DNA of 64,000 nucleotides from Rhodosorus marinus CCMP1338 (GCA_029953675.1 JAMWBK010000011.1:1054001-1118000); one strand, 5' to 3'; counted from the stretch's first letter, positions 47,528 to 59,199 are shown. Notes: generated by a model from the letters alone, not told the origin. Numbers and translations are program-made.

Positions 47528-49999
47528 TCAACGGGAAGCTTGAACCTTCTCCGATCCGACGAAGGGGGGCACTTCGGTCGACTTGTAGATCGTACATGAA
47601 TCCACGAACACTCGACCTGCAGTCTTCGGGCTGGCCTTCAGCGAAATCTCGTAGGAACCTCGGTCCCTGCTCCAGAAATCGACCTCCTGTGATCTCCAAG
47701 AAGAGCCTTCGACGGGATCGGTATCCTTCAGATTCTCCGCGTACACTGCGTTCTTCGATCCTACAAGCATGTCAAGTTCCCCCTTCACGACACAGCGCAA
47801 CCTGTAGAGAGTCTTCTCCTTGAGGTGCACCCACTGCGTAGCGCTACCTCCTGGGGCTCCAATCTCGAGCGACTGATCGCCGTTAAACCTCTGCCACTTG
47901 CTCAGGCGAGCTGCTCCACGGAAATTCCACTCCTCCGCTTCGTCTTCAAAGCTGGGATCCTTCAGTCTCTGTCCGTTGTTCGGAATAGGTCTCGTCTTGG
48001 ATTCCTCTCCACCTATTGCGGTGTACTTACACGACTGGTACCCCGGGCTTTTTTCCATTAGACAACACACGTTCCCTCTGCATTCGTCCACTTCAATCAC
48101 CACAGAGCTGATCTTACCTCCCGTGTCGCTGTACTCGAGCGTGACCTCGGCTGGAGAACGCCTCATCATTGTTCGCAGAGGAATCTCTATTACAAAAGTC
48201 CCAAAGGTCACTCTGGAGAACGACGGCTTGGGTCCGGACATACCCGGATCGTAGTCCGCCACTGGGATGCCGTTGATAACCACGACCGGTTTCGACGACA
48301 TCTTGATGGACCTCGAGTGGCTCACTCTGACTTTGGCAACAGCGTCTGGCATCCCTGCGGGCAGGTCGTCGAACAAAAAAGTTGTCCGCGACCACCGGTC
48401 GATCTTTACAGGAGCCTCAATGGAGGCTCCTGTGCGGTTCTTCACGTCCCTGGCATAGTGCCTCGTGCGCCTCACCGTCCTCAGCTCCGCCATCGGGCTG
48501 ATGAAGGTCAGCTCGAGAATCGTCATCGCCTCCGGCTTCAGCGTGACGGACTGAGGAATCGAGGGGAAGGTCGTATTACTCCACATAAACTGCCCAGCCC
48601 GTTTAAGGTTCTGGGCGATGTCAGCTTGCACCAGAGCACGCTCGGCCAACCAGATCCTACGCTCAACCACCTTATCAACCTTCCCGACTCCATACGGCAG
48701 CTTAAGGTTCACCTCATAGCTCCTTGACGTGTCCATATTCTGCAGCAGGATGTACCCCTTGTCAGAATTGGCCACCGCGTGCACTTTAACGTCCGGTTCG
48801 TTCGACGATGAATAGACAAAGTCCCCCTCGACACCCCTCAGCAGCTCAAAGAAATACAACAGAGGTGTTGGCTTGACCCTTCCCCGGGGGCCACCTTCCG
48901 ACAGAGACCATGGGTACCTGTGCTTCCCTTTGTTTCTCTGGTCGTTCGGATCCAGAGTCAAGAAGTTCACTATCTTGAGAACATTGTCGTGTACTCGTAA
49001 CGTGCTCATGAGCACCTTGAAGGCTTCAGTCACGATTCGGAAGTCTCTTCCACCTCGAGGTGGCGCCGCGATGTCCTTGGGGAACCATTGGACTTCGTAG
49101 GAGCTGGATTCCGAGATCATGTACTTGAGTGGCGCCTTCTTCGGACCACTACTCTGTTGGTACGTATACGACTCGAGTAGATCCAAGTTGGCATCCTGAG
49201 CAGCGCCACCGGTGTTATAGACATGCTCGGAGAAGAAATCCAGACATCCAGATCGCTGGGCTTGCTCTATAAACTCCTTGGTACTGCTGAACCTCGCAAA
49301 GTCGTTAAGAAAGGGACTCGCACTGGACGCTGACGGACCGCCGACCAGAACCGAGGGATGTTTTCTGGAGACTGCTTTGCACAGACGCCCGCAGATCTCC
49401 CCGATTCGACGGACGACCGATTGTTCGGTCTCGTTGGGATGGCGCTTGAACTGTCGCCACTTGATTAGGACCTCGTTGAAGCATTCGTAATATCTCGGTT
49501 CTGGGTATCCCGCTTCTTCGCTGAAAAAATAGGTAAAATAGTCCGGAACCATAGAAACGGCCTGCCTAATCATCGATTCGCTTTTGTACAGCTTCTTCAG
49601 AGCAGTGGCTTTGTCGACGACGATCCGATCTTTCGAGATGAACCGTTTCCGGAGATGATCACACGCGGGACACGTCATTATCTTGATCTTATGGGCACCA
49701 TCCGTTCGCATCTTGTCGATTCTGTTGGGGAAATTGCTCGCCCCTAAGGGCGCCTCACTCGCCGATCGACCAAACGAAACCCCCAGCTCATCCAGAACAT
49801 ACTCCATGAGATTTTTTGCATTGCTCGGAGCCGCCGAATTTCCGTGAGCGTTAACGAATCGAACTCGGTCAAACGATTTTTGATCATTCGTATACAGCGA
49901 TGTCCAAAAATCTACTTTCACCTCAACCGCGCCGATTTCCCCAACTATTGATGCACTGAACATCAGTGGCAGAAGAAGAGTCCCCCACTGGCCACCCAT
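47528..49999 (-). CDS. Gene 6: secreted GH86-like hydrolase, module A only (C-terminally truncated), 823 aa
   Basis: ATG, signal peptide, catalytic Glu motifs as CFNEV and MISESS, Cys linker, module A. A premature stop follows GSEKVQ. Confidence 0.88.
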   Translation of the reverse strand: MGGQWGTLLLPLMFSASIVGEIGAVEVKVDFWTSLYTNDQKSFDRVRFVNAHGNSAAPSNAKNLMEYVLDELGVSFGRSASEAPLGASNFPNRIDKMRTDGAHKIKIMTCPACDHLRKRFISKDRIVVDKATALKKLYKSESMIRQAVSMVPDYFTYFFSEEAGYPEPRYYECFNEVLIKWRQFKRHPNETEQSVVRRIGEICGRLCKAVSRKHPSVLVGGPSASSASPFLNDFARFSSTKEFIEQAQRSGCLDFFSEHVYNTGGAAQDANLDLLESYTYQQSSGPKKAPLKYMISESSSYEVQWFPKDIAAPPRGGRDFRIVTEAFKVLMSTLRVHDNVLKIVNFLTLDPNDQRNKGKHRYPWSLSEGGPRGRVKPTPLLYFFELLRGVEGDFVYSSSNEPDVKVHAVANSDKGYILLQNMDTSRSYEVNLKLPYGVGKVDKVVERRIWLAERALVQADIAQNLKRAGQFMWSNTTFPSIPQSVTLKPEAMTILELTFISPMAELRTVRRTRHYARDVKNRTGASIEAPVKIDRWSRTTFLFDDLPAGMPDAVAKVRVSHSRSIKMSSKPVVVINGIPVADYDPGMSGPKPSFSRVTFGTFVIEIPLRTMMRRSPAEVTLEYSDTGGKISSVVIEVDECRGNVCCLMEKSPGYQSCKYTAIGGEESKTRPIPNNGQRLKDPSFEDEAEEWNFRGAARLSKWQRFNGDQSLEIGAPGGSATQWVHLKEKTLYRLRCVVKGELDMLVGSKNAVYAENLKDTDPVEGSSWRSQEVDFWSRDRGSYEISLKASPKTAGRVFVDSCTIYKSTEVPPFVGSEKVQASR

Positions 50000-50949
50000 A
50001 GTTTATGGATACCACCTGACCTCGATCTTCACACTGGTAAAGCACACTCACCCTACAGTTGGCTTGGCACCTACCCACCCGCCTCCTCGAAAGTATGACA
50101 GCACTTTAATAACCTGTACGGGTTCAGAACCAATGTCTTCTAAACCACAGCCTGATCCAGCACCATTGCCCACAATCGAACACGCCATGAATCATCAAGC
50201 AGTCCATTCGTCGATTGATCAGGTTGTCAAGCCACCACCCGAATTATCCCAATCGATATCCCCGATGGTTGCCATCGAACCATCCAATGGAAAAAACACG
50301 AATGTATTCTTGTTACGGCGGGGTGAATCAAAACGGCTATCGCCGAGCAGACAACGCGGGATCCGCGAAAAAACTACCGCATCCACCCGCCCGGGCAATT
50401 CCGATATGTGCGGGCAAGAGTGCCACCATTGCAACTGACAGGGTCTATCCCATTCCAAACGCTAGCGGCAGACGACTTGCGTAAACACCAACCAGCAAAA
50501 GACTATCTCTGCCACATCCTTTTCATAATCAAGATCAAATGTACGGAGTTTGGTGAAGTGAAGCACTGTGTCGAATCTTTCGCACTGTCCAACACTTGAA
50601 TTTCGGGAATACGATGAGGGAGTTCCCATCAAAATTAGGAACAGTTTGTACTAGAATCGAAGCAAGATGTTCTTGATTAGGACTTCTTTCGGAACAGGTT
50701 GGTAGAGGAATGTTCGGAGCATTTGTATAAAATCGGATGAATTCATATTGGCACACTTGTGGAAAACTTGTTTGGCTTGGTTTTAGTGGTTGTTTTTCTG
50801 AAGATCTGGTAGTTGGAGATGTGTAGGGCGACAGGCCTTGGATGGAAGTGCTCAACTGAGTGGGTGAAATCGAAATGAGGATGAAACAGAAAGGTTTTTT
50901 GAGGCGGTGGGAGTTGCTACCCTCCTGAAAACCAGGAGTTGTGGGAATT

Positions 50950-51545
50950 AGTGTTTTCTACTTTTCCAACCGACCGGGGAAGGGATGGATGCTTGCATAA
51001 GTAGAAAGTGATCTACGGGCAGTCCCTGATGAATGAATTTGCTTAAGCGAAACCCTAAAAAAGAACCCCGACGGGAAAAACAGACTAGGCGCGTCGAAGA
51101 TCGCGCGCCTCCAACATCAAAGCAGCGTTCATACTCCACAGCAGGAAGCTTAGAGACGGGTAAACAACGAGAAGAATATGGCCAGGGCGTTCGCGGAACA
51201 ACTCCCGAAGCCAACGAGAGCCAACGAGAGCCAACGGAATCCATAAACCCGAAGCACTCAATGACCATAGGTATGTGTACCAGGCAATGAGCTAAAGCCG
51301 AAGCGTGAACGTCTGGGGAAGACAAAGCCCCCTGCAAAATTCAATTCTTTGCGACTATCGCTAATGACCGGAAGGAGTGTCAACAAAATCCATTTGCAGA
51401 GGACTAATAATGCTCCCAACAAAAAGGGACCTTTTCCACACGTTGGTTGCCATGGGTGCATACCGATATTCCCACTTTAGCAACTTCGAAAAATCGGCTA
51501 CCGTGGCATAGTCCGTTCAACGTCTGTCCCTGTTCTAGTGATCAT
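50950..51545 (+). mobile_element. Degenerate LINE ORF2 fragment (copy upstream of gene 6)
   Basis: ARLQHQSSV...MARAFAEQ, then FNSLRLSLMTG...PNKKGP...IPIFPL (LFN..L..G..P..KKG..RPISL-like). Homologous to 56950-57515 and 59390-59580. Confidence 0.45.
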
Positions 51546-53074
51546 GCACGAAATGACATAAGCAATTTGGAGTTTTTTCGAGAGGTAAGTAGAAGGAAGG
51601 ATCCGGAATTGAACTGTAAGTATACTTTTGCTCTACCTCCCCGTTTCAGATCTTTTCGTAGTTGTCGTTATTGTCTGTCAATGATTTCTTGAGGGTTTGT
51701 AGTGTGGGATAGGGTGGGGTGGAGGAGGGAAGGTGTTTCCTCAGATGTCTCCCAAGCGAGACATTTAAGGGAAGGTGGGTGATTGAGCGGGGTTCCCCCA
51801 TCGGATCCGGTGAATGGGAGGCTGCACGTCGATAGAATATAGGGAAAGTCAACGGGAAGTTACGAGAGGTGAAGTTTCGCACCCCATCGTATTGCCGTCA
51901 ATTCTCCTTGCTTTTTTCCTTGGTTTCTTGGGAAATCAGAAGTTATGTTCAGTCACTCCCGGAGTTTGGAACCTCCAGGTCCTTTCTTTGGAGGGTGAGA
52001 CGTGTTGGAAAAGTAGGTGTTTTGTTCCTGCTTCTTATGTCTCTTGTTGCTTTATCTTAGAGTCTCCCTCACTGGTATGTCAATGAGCTTGGCTTATATA
52101 GGCATCAAACTTGGTTAACCCCAATGCTTCTAAGTCACTTCACGTCTACACGTGTGTGTCTCGATTCAACTTGTTAGTTTCCATTCTAGAGCCTGCGCGC
52201 TCATTGTCAGCCATCACACGTTTCAGGGCCACGTGCTGGGATGTCAATTATTTCAGCAACTCTGACAAAGTCTTCATGGTGGAGGGAGTTGCTTCGATTG
52301 TACACGTTTGCTAACAGGACGGACACGTTCGTGTTGGAAGCCCCAAGTGTCAGGAGTCGAGTGAGACTCAGAACGAAGTACATCAGATGGGGCAACCAAG
52401 TTCGGATGAGACTCATGCTATGATCATGAGTCTCATCCAAACTTGGTCGTACTTCTAGGGAATATCTAGACCTATACATCCAGATGTGGGCTCCTCTCCA
52501 AAACAAGAGACTCGTTGCTCATATTACGATAGCATTTGGGACATCGTATCAGTTTCGATCTCGCTTTTTCGCAGATTTGGTCACTTCCCGGTTGGATCGA
52601 CGGGGCTTCAATAGTTCTGCTCCCGCGCAACCTCAAGCTTGGTCCTAGATTTCAATCGAGAGCAGACATAGAACTCTTTCCTAAATATATCCTGTTTAGT
52701 ATTGCAAAATCGTGATTGTTTTTTAATATATGATAAATCATAGAAAAAAATTACCCCAAATAACGTAACCCCAGATACTACTTCTTAAAATGGGTGCAAA
52801 AATCAATGTGTAGGAACGCATAGAGCCAATGAGAACATTTTCTGGTACCAAATTAAGAGCCATGTTTTTCAATAATTAAATTTACTTGGCGTTATCTTGC
52901 CGAGAAACGCGAGGAATTCAAATTTTCAATTAATACTCGCGTTTCACGATGCAGACGTCTATCTATTTAGTGGTTATTTTACTATCATCCACTAAAACAA
53001 TTAGCGCCACCCAGGATGGATCCACGGACGTCGAGAAGGTCGCCAGGGTTGTCAAGAGGAGACAGATCGAGATC

Positions 53075-53461
53075 TTATCCCATTTCTGGATCTGTTAGTG
53101 TGGTGTTTGCGACCACGTACAGGGTGGAGTAGTAAATAATACTCGGCTGCCAGTGTCTGCATGATTGTAGACGGGTCTAACATCCGCAAACTCGTTGCTT
53201 CGTAGCCTCTTCCCGGCAAAAATAACCTCCGTTGTCGCCGCGGCCGCCGTTCTCATGTACCCACAACACGTGTAACAGCGGGACCTATATTTTCGGCCCT
53301 TCCCCAGGAACACCCTCTGGTATACACCTGCATCCCCAGGCACTAGTCTCACGCCTCTCTGAACTTGGTACGACCGCTCCGCTTCCATCCATCTCGTGAC
53401 TGTGGTTTAAAGTCAGGGTTGGTGATCCTTTGTCCATTCGCGATTGGCGGGTCCGAGCAAC
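53075..53461 (-). pseudogene. Relic of gene 7 module B (several frameshifts)
   Basis: Successive frames read LPDEL / SDPPIANGQRITNPDFKPQSRDGWKRSGRTKFRE / RGVRLVPGDAGVYQRVFLGKGRKYRSRCY...SNEF / PSIIYYSTLYVVANTTLTDPEMG*. These are colinear with intact B modules. Confidence 0.85.
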
Positions 53462-55933
53462 TCATCGGGAAGCCTGAACCTTCTCCGATCCGACGAAGGG
53501 GGGCACTTCGGTCGACTTGTAGATCGTACACGAATCTACGAACACTCGACCTGCATTCTTCGGGCTGGCCTTCAGCGAAATCTCGTAGGAACCCCGGTCC
53601 TTGTTCCAGAAATCGACCTCCTGTGATCTCCAAGAAGAGCCTTCGATGGGATCAGTATTCTTCAGATTCTCCGCGTACACTGCATTCTTCGATCCTACAA
53701 GCATGTCAAGTTCCCCCTTCACGACACAGCGCAACCTGTATAGAGTCTTCTCCTTGAGGTGCACCCACTGCTTAGCGCTACCTCCTGGGGCTCCAATCTC
53801 GAGCGACTGATCGCCGTTAAACCTCTGCCACCTGCTCAGGCGAGCTGCTCCACGGAAATTCCACTCCTCTGCTTCGCCTTCAAAGCTGGGATCCTTCAGT
53901 CTCTGTCCGTTGTTCGGAATAGGTCTCGTCTTGGATTCCTCTCCGTCTATTGCGGTGAACTTACACGACTGGTACCCGGGGCTTTTGTCCATTAGACAAC
54001 ACACGTTCCCTCTGCATTCGTCCACTTCAATCACCACAGAGCTGATCTTACCTCCCGCGTCGCTGTACTCGAGCGTGACCTCGGCTGGAGAACGCCTCTT
54101 CAGTGTTCGCAGAGGAATCTCTATTACAAAAGTCCCAAAGGTCACTCTGGAGAACGACGGCTTGGGTCCGGACATACCCGGATCGTAGTCCGCCACTGGG
54201 ATGCCGTTGATAACCACGACCGGTTTCGGCGACATCTTGATGGACCTCGAGTGGCTCACCCTGACTTTGGCAACAGCGTCTGGCATCCCTGCGGGCAGGT
54301 CGTCGAACAAAAACGTTGTCCGCGACCACCGGCCGATTTTGACAGGAGCCTCAATGGAGGCTCCTCTGCGGTTCTTCACGTCGCTAGCATAGTGCCTCGT
54401 GCGCCTCACCGTCCTCAGCTCCGCCACCGGGCTGATGAAGGTCAGCTCGAGAATCGTCATCGCCTCCGGCTTCAGCGTGACGGACTGCGGAATCGAGGGG
54501 AGGGTCGTATTTCTCCACATAAACTGCCCAGCCCGTTTAAGGTTCTGGGCAATGTCAGCTTGCACCAGAGCACGCTCGGCCAACCAGATCCTACGCTCAA
54601 CCACCTTCTCAACCTTCCCGACTCCATACGGCAGCTTAAGGTTCACCTCATAGCTCCTTGACGTGTCCATATTCTGCAGCAGGATGTACCCCTTGTCAGA
54701 ATTGGCCACCGCGTGCACTTTAACGTCCGGTTCGTTCGATGACGAATAGACAAAGTCCCCCTCGACACCCCTCAGCAGCTCAAAGAAATACAACAGAGGT
54801 GTTGGCTTGACCCTTCCCCGGGGGCCACCTTCCGACAGAGACCATGGGTACCTGTGCTTCCCTTTGTTTCTCTGGTCGTTCGGATCCAGAGTCAAGAAGT
54901 TCACTATCTTGAGAACATTGTCGTGTACTCGTAACGTGCTCATGAGCACCTTGAAGGCTTCAGTCACGATTCGGAAGTCTCTTCCACCTCGAGGTGGCGC
55001 CGCGATGTCCTTGGGGAACCATTGGACTTCATAGGAGCTGGATTCCGAGATCATGTACTTGAGTGGCGCCTTCTTCGGACCACTACTCTGTTGGTACGTA
55101 TACGACTCGAGTAGATCCAAGTTGGCATCCTGAGCAGCGCCACCGGTGTTATAGACATGCTCGGAGAAGAAATCCAGACATCCAGATCGCTGGGCTTGCT
55201 CTATAAACTCCTTGGTACTGCTGAACCTCGCAAAGTCGTTAAGAAAGGGCCTCGCACTGGACGCTGACGGACCGCCGACCAGAACCGAGGGGTGTTTTCT
55301 GGAGACTGCTTTGCATATACGCCCGCAGATCTCCCCGATTCGACGGACGACCGATTGTTCGGTCTCGTTGGGATGGCGCTTGAACTGTCGCCACTTGATT
55401 AGGACCTCGTTGAAGCATTCGTAGTATCTCGGCGCCGGGTATCCCGCTTTTTCGCTGAAAAAATAGGTAAAATAGTCCGGAACCATAGAAACGGCCTGCC
55501 TAATCATCGATTCGCTTTTGTACAGCTTCTTCAGAGCAGTGGCTTTATCGACGACGATCCGATCTTTCGTGATGAACCGCTTCCGGAGATGATCACATGA
55601 GGGACACGTCATTATCTTGATCTTATGGGCACCATCCGTTCGCATCTTGTCGATTCTGTTGGGGAAATTGCTCGCCCCTAGGGGCGCCTCATTCGCCGAT
55701 CGACCAAACGCAACCCCCAGCTCATCCAGAACATACTCCATGAGATTTTTTGCATTGCTCGGAGCCGCCGAATTTCCGTGAGCGTTAACGAATCGAGCTC
55801 TGTCAAACGATTTCTGATCATTCGTATACAGCGATGTCCAAAAATCTACTTTCACCTCAACCGCGCCGATCTCCCCAACTATTGATGCACTGAACATCAA
55901 TGGCAGAAGAAGAATCCCCCACTGGCCACCCAT
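53462..55933 (-). CDS. Gene 7: secreted GH86-like hydrolase, module A only, 823 aa; recent duplicate of gene 6
   Basis: About 30 aa differences from gene 6 counted by eye (~96% identity). Same truncation point (KVQASR*). Confidence 0.88.
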   Translation of the reverse strand: MGGQWGILLLPLMFSASIVGEIGAVEVKVDFWTSLYTNDQKSFDRARFVNAHGNSAAPSNAKNLMEYVLDELGVAFGRSANEAPLGASNFPNRIDKMRTDGAHKIKIMTCPSCDHLRKRFITKDRIVVDKATALKKLYKSESMIRQAVSMVPDYFTYFFSEKAGYPAPRYYECFNEVLIKWRQFKRHPNETEQSVVRRIGEICGRICKAVSRKHPSVLVGGPSASSARPFLNDFARFSSTKEFIEQAQRSGCLDFFSEHVYNTGGAAQDANLDLLESYTYQQSSGPKKAPLKYMISESSSYEVQWFPKDIAAPPRGGRDFRIVTEAFKVLMSTLRVHDNVLKIVNFLTLDPNDQRNKGKHRYPWSLSEGGPRGRVKPTPLLYFFELLRGVEGDFVYSSSNEPDVKVHAVANSDKGYILLQNMDTSRSYEVNLKLPYGVGKVEKVVERRIWLAERALVQADIAQNLKRAGQFMWRNTTLPSIPQSVTLKPEAMTILELTFISPVAELRTVRRTRHYASDVKNRRGASIEAPVKIGRWSRTTFLFDDLPAGMPDAVAKVRVSHSRSIKMSPKPVVVINGIPVADYDPGMSGPKPSFSRVTFGTFVIEIPLRTLKRRSPAEVTLEYSDAGGKISSVVIEVDECRGNVCCLMDKSPGYQSCKFTAIDGEESKTRPIPNNGQRLKDPSFEGEAEEWNFRGAARLSRWQRFNGDQSLEIGAPGGSAKQWVHLKEKTLYRLRCVVKGELDMLVGSKNAVYAENLKNTDPIEGSSWRSQEVDFWNKDRGSYEISLKASPKNAGRVFVDSCTIYKSTEVPPFVGSEKVQASR

Positions 55934-56949
55934 AGTTTATGGATACCACCTGACCTCGATCTTCACACTGGTAAAGCACACTCACCCGACGGTTGGCTTG
56001 GCACCTACCCACCCGCCTCCTCGGAAATATGACGCCGCTTTAATAACCTCTACGGGTTCAGAACCAATGCCTTCTAGACCACAGCCTCTCCAGCACCAAT
56101 GCTCACAATCGGACACGCAATGGATTATCAGGCAGTCCATTCGTCGATTGATCAGGTTGTCAAATCACGACAATAATTATCCCAATCGATCTCCCCGATG
56201 GCTGCCATGGAACCAGCCAATGAAAAAACACGAAGGTATTCTTGTTGCGGCGCGGTGAATCAAAACGGCTATCGGTCGCGCACACAACGTGGGTTCGGTA
56301 CAAAAATTAAAGCATCCAACCACCCTGGCAATGCCGATATGTACGGGCAAGAGTGCCACCACTGCAACTGACAGGGTCTATCCCAATCCAAACGCCAGGG
56401 CAGACGACTTGTGTGAACACCAACCAGCAAAAGACTAACTGCCACATCCTTTTCATAATTAAGATCGAATGTACGGAGTTTGGTGAAGTGAAGCACTGTG
56501 TCGAATCTTTCACACCCCGTCCAATACTTGAATTTCGGGAATACGATGAGAGAGTTCGCAATCGAAATTAGGAAAAGCTCGTACTAGAATTAAAGCAAGA
56601 TGTTCTTGATTAGGAGTTCTTTCGCAACAGGTCGGTAGAGGAATATTTGGGGCATTTGAATAAAAAAGGATGAATTTATATTTGCCGCACCTGTGGAAAA
56701 ATTTGTTTGGCTTAGTTTTGGTGGTTGTTTAGGGGAAGATCTGGTAGTTGGAGATGTAGGGCGACAGGCCTTGGATGGAAGTGCTCAACCGAGTGGGTGA
56801 AATCGAAATGAGGATGAAACAGAAAGGTTTTTTTGGGGCGGTGGGAGTTGCTACCCTCCTGAAAACCAGGTGTGGGAATTGGTGTTTTCTACTTTCCAAA
56901 CGAATGGGAAGAGACGCTTGCAATAAGTAGAAAGTGATCAACGGCTGTC

Positions 56950-57515
56950 CCTGATGAATGAACTTGCTTAATCGGAACCCTAAAAAAGAACCCCGACGGG
57001 ACAAAAAAGGACTAGGCGCGTCGAAGATCGCGCGCCTCCAACATCAAAGCTGCGTTCAGACGCCACGGCAGGAAGCTTAGAGACGGGTAAATAACGAGAA
57101 GAATATGGTCAAGGCGTTCGCGGAACAACTCCCGAAGCCAACGAGAGCCAACGAGAGCCAACGGAATCCATAAACCCAAAGCACTCGATGACCAGAGGTA
57201 TGTGTACCAGGCAATGAGCTAAAGCCGAAGCGTGAATGTCTGGGGAAGACAAAGGGCCCTGCAAAATTCAATTCTTTGCGACTATCGCTGATGACCGGAA
57301 GGAGTGTCAACAGAATCCTTTTTCAGAGCACTAATAATGGTCACCAACAAAAAGGGACCCTTTCCAAACGTTGGTTGCCTGGGGCGCGTATCGATATTAC
57401 CACTCCCTTCAAATCCTAAATATTCCCACGTGAATAACATGAACAACAGACTTCGAAAAATCGGCCACCCTTGGGATAGTCCGTACAACATCTCTCCCTG
57501 TTCAACAGTGACCAT
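56950..57515 (+). mobile_element. Degenerate LINE ORF2 fragment (copy upstream of gene 7)
   Basis: Duplicate of 50950-51545, including the agccaacgag x3 micro-repeat. Confidence 0.45.
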
Positions 57516-58658
57516 ACACCCCCACCTATAGGCAGAAAAAACTCGCTCCCCACCCTCTCACCCTAGAGAAAATGGATCCCAACCCCGTTTACGGTTAGGC
57601 TGGGGTTTCCAACCCCAAAGATCTCACAAAGTCGTGTTTGGCCTCCAAACGCCCTTCGCACAACCCCTCCGTCATTCACTAACATACCTCAACAGAGAAA
57701 CACCACCTCCACCCCCCTGTCCCACCAAAATGAGGAAGCAACCATCAAATTCCTAACAATTACCCATCAACTAAGAAACGAAACCATTACCAATGTGAAT
57801 GAACCCCTCCCCTCACAGGAAATGAATCCCTCCTGTAGAACAAACCTCAATATATTTCGTTTTCAATGCGATCGATCGCGACGACTTATACCTCTAATTT
57901 AATTCATATTTCAATAGATCCACACAAATTATCCAATAAAAAAACCGACTTCGTTTGTAAATGAATTGAATGAAATATGTATCTAATCAATTTCGAAACC
58001 TCCGTTAAGTTATCTACCAATTAAGTTCCAGAGCATATCGAAAAGTTTTGGGGAGTGCTTGGCGTTTTCTTGTAGTTCTTCTTCGTAATGGAATAATGTA
58101 TTTCTTTTTCATGTTTTTATGTGTTCAAAAGGGTAGTTAAGGAGGGGTAAAACGAAAGTCGACAGTCTGCCAGTAGTCCATGTTGGCGTTACGATCATGA
58201 AATATAGTAGTTTTTGAAGGTTCGTGTGGATGTGATCAATTTTAGAGCATGGGTAGTCCTAGAGTTCGGTATTTACGCTTATTTTGGATAGTACAGTATT
58301 GAATTATGTAATCAATTTGGTGTGTGACGTCGCGAGTGCTGAAAGTTCGGTATTCCTAAAAGGGTTAATAAAGGGCGGCGGGTGGGAGGCGAAAAATACG
58401 ATTTGTTCTAGGGTTTTGTGAGTGTGTGGTGCGTGGTGGTTTTTGCGAAGCCTAAAGGCTCGTCGGGAGAAAAATGAAGTAAGTATTGAATAAATTTGAT
58501 CAATAGTATGTACTAGGGCCAAACGTATGATCGCTGCCTGGGCTTGCATGCTTCTATGAGTGTTTTTTTGTGTGGATTGGGAGGAGGTTTGGTATTGAAG
58601 GGCTGTGGTCCGTTGTCGCGAACGTGGGCGACGACGGTGTTCTGGTAAGAAGGGTCCA

Positions 58659-58736
58659 TGTGGCGACGATCTACTCGGAGTCCTTGTGGCGACGATCTAC
58701 TCAAAAGTCCCTGTGGCGGCGGTCTACTCAGCAACC
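58659..58736. repeat. 26-27-bp tandem repeat x3 (tgtggcgRcgRtctactc...)
   Basis: Units start at 58659, 58685 and 58712. Confidence 0.85.
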
Positions 58737-59199
58737 TTGGGTTGCTTCAAATATTGGTTGCTTCAAAATAATTGTGTAGATCGCGCTCGCGCTAGCAGGT
58801 GTTTTTGTCTGCTCCGGATGTTGAGTACTTCCGCTGGTGACGGCCATGATGTGGTGGCCGGGCTCGTACTCCTCTTCGGTCGATATTCCACAAAATTCCA
58901 ATAGATCCGGAATTATCAAAAAATAACTTCGTTTATACATGATGGCACTCTGCTCATCCGACTCGGCTTGTGGACACCTTAAGCCGATCCTCTCCAGAAA
59001 GACTGGTGAAGGGGGAGTGGATAACTCTGGCCCCTTTGCGCTCAGCTTCCGCTAGGTCTTCCTATTCGGGAACGTGTCATATCGGACTTTCCAGATATGT
59101 CCCAACTATAGCCCGGTATCTCAACACAGCACCGCTGGTAACCCTGCTCAAGAAACTCGAGAATCCATGCATGGAAACCCTTCAACTTACAAAGTTGCA

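Larger units (their letters stand above)
43190..51545. repeat. Tandem segmental duplication, copy 1 (contains gene 6 and a ~3-kb block at 44260-47230 that copy 2 lacks)
   Basis: 43200-44255 aligns with 51550-52750 (e.g. ccggaattgaactgtaagt; ctcttccaaaacaaga; tttcctaaatat). 47235-51545 aligns with 52770-57515. Confidence 0.85.
51546..57515. repeat. Tandem segmental duplication, copy 2 (contains gene 7)
   Basis: Colinear with copy 1 over the coding region and both flanks. It lacks the 44260-47230 block and carries an extra ~125 bp at ~52875-53000. Confidence 0.85.

Noticed and set aside
53095-53388. Independent 97-aa gene
   Set aside because: It is an out-of-frame piece of gene 7's decayed module B.
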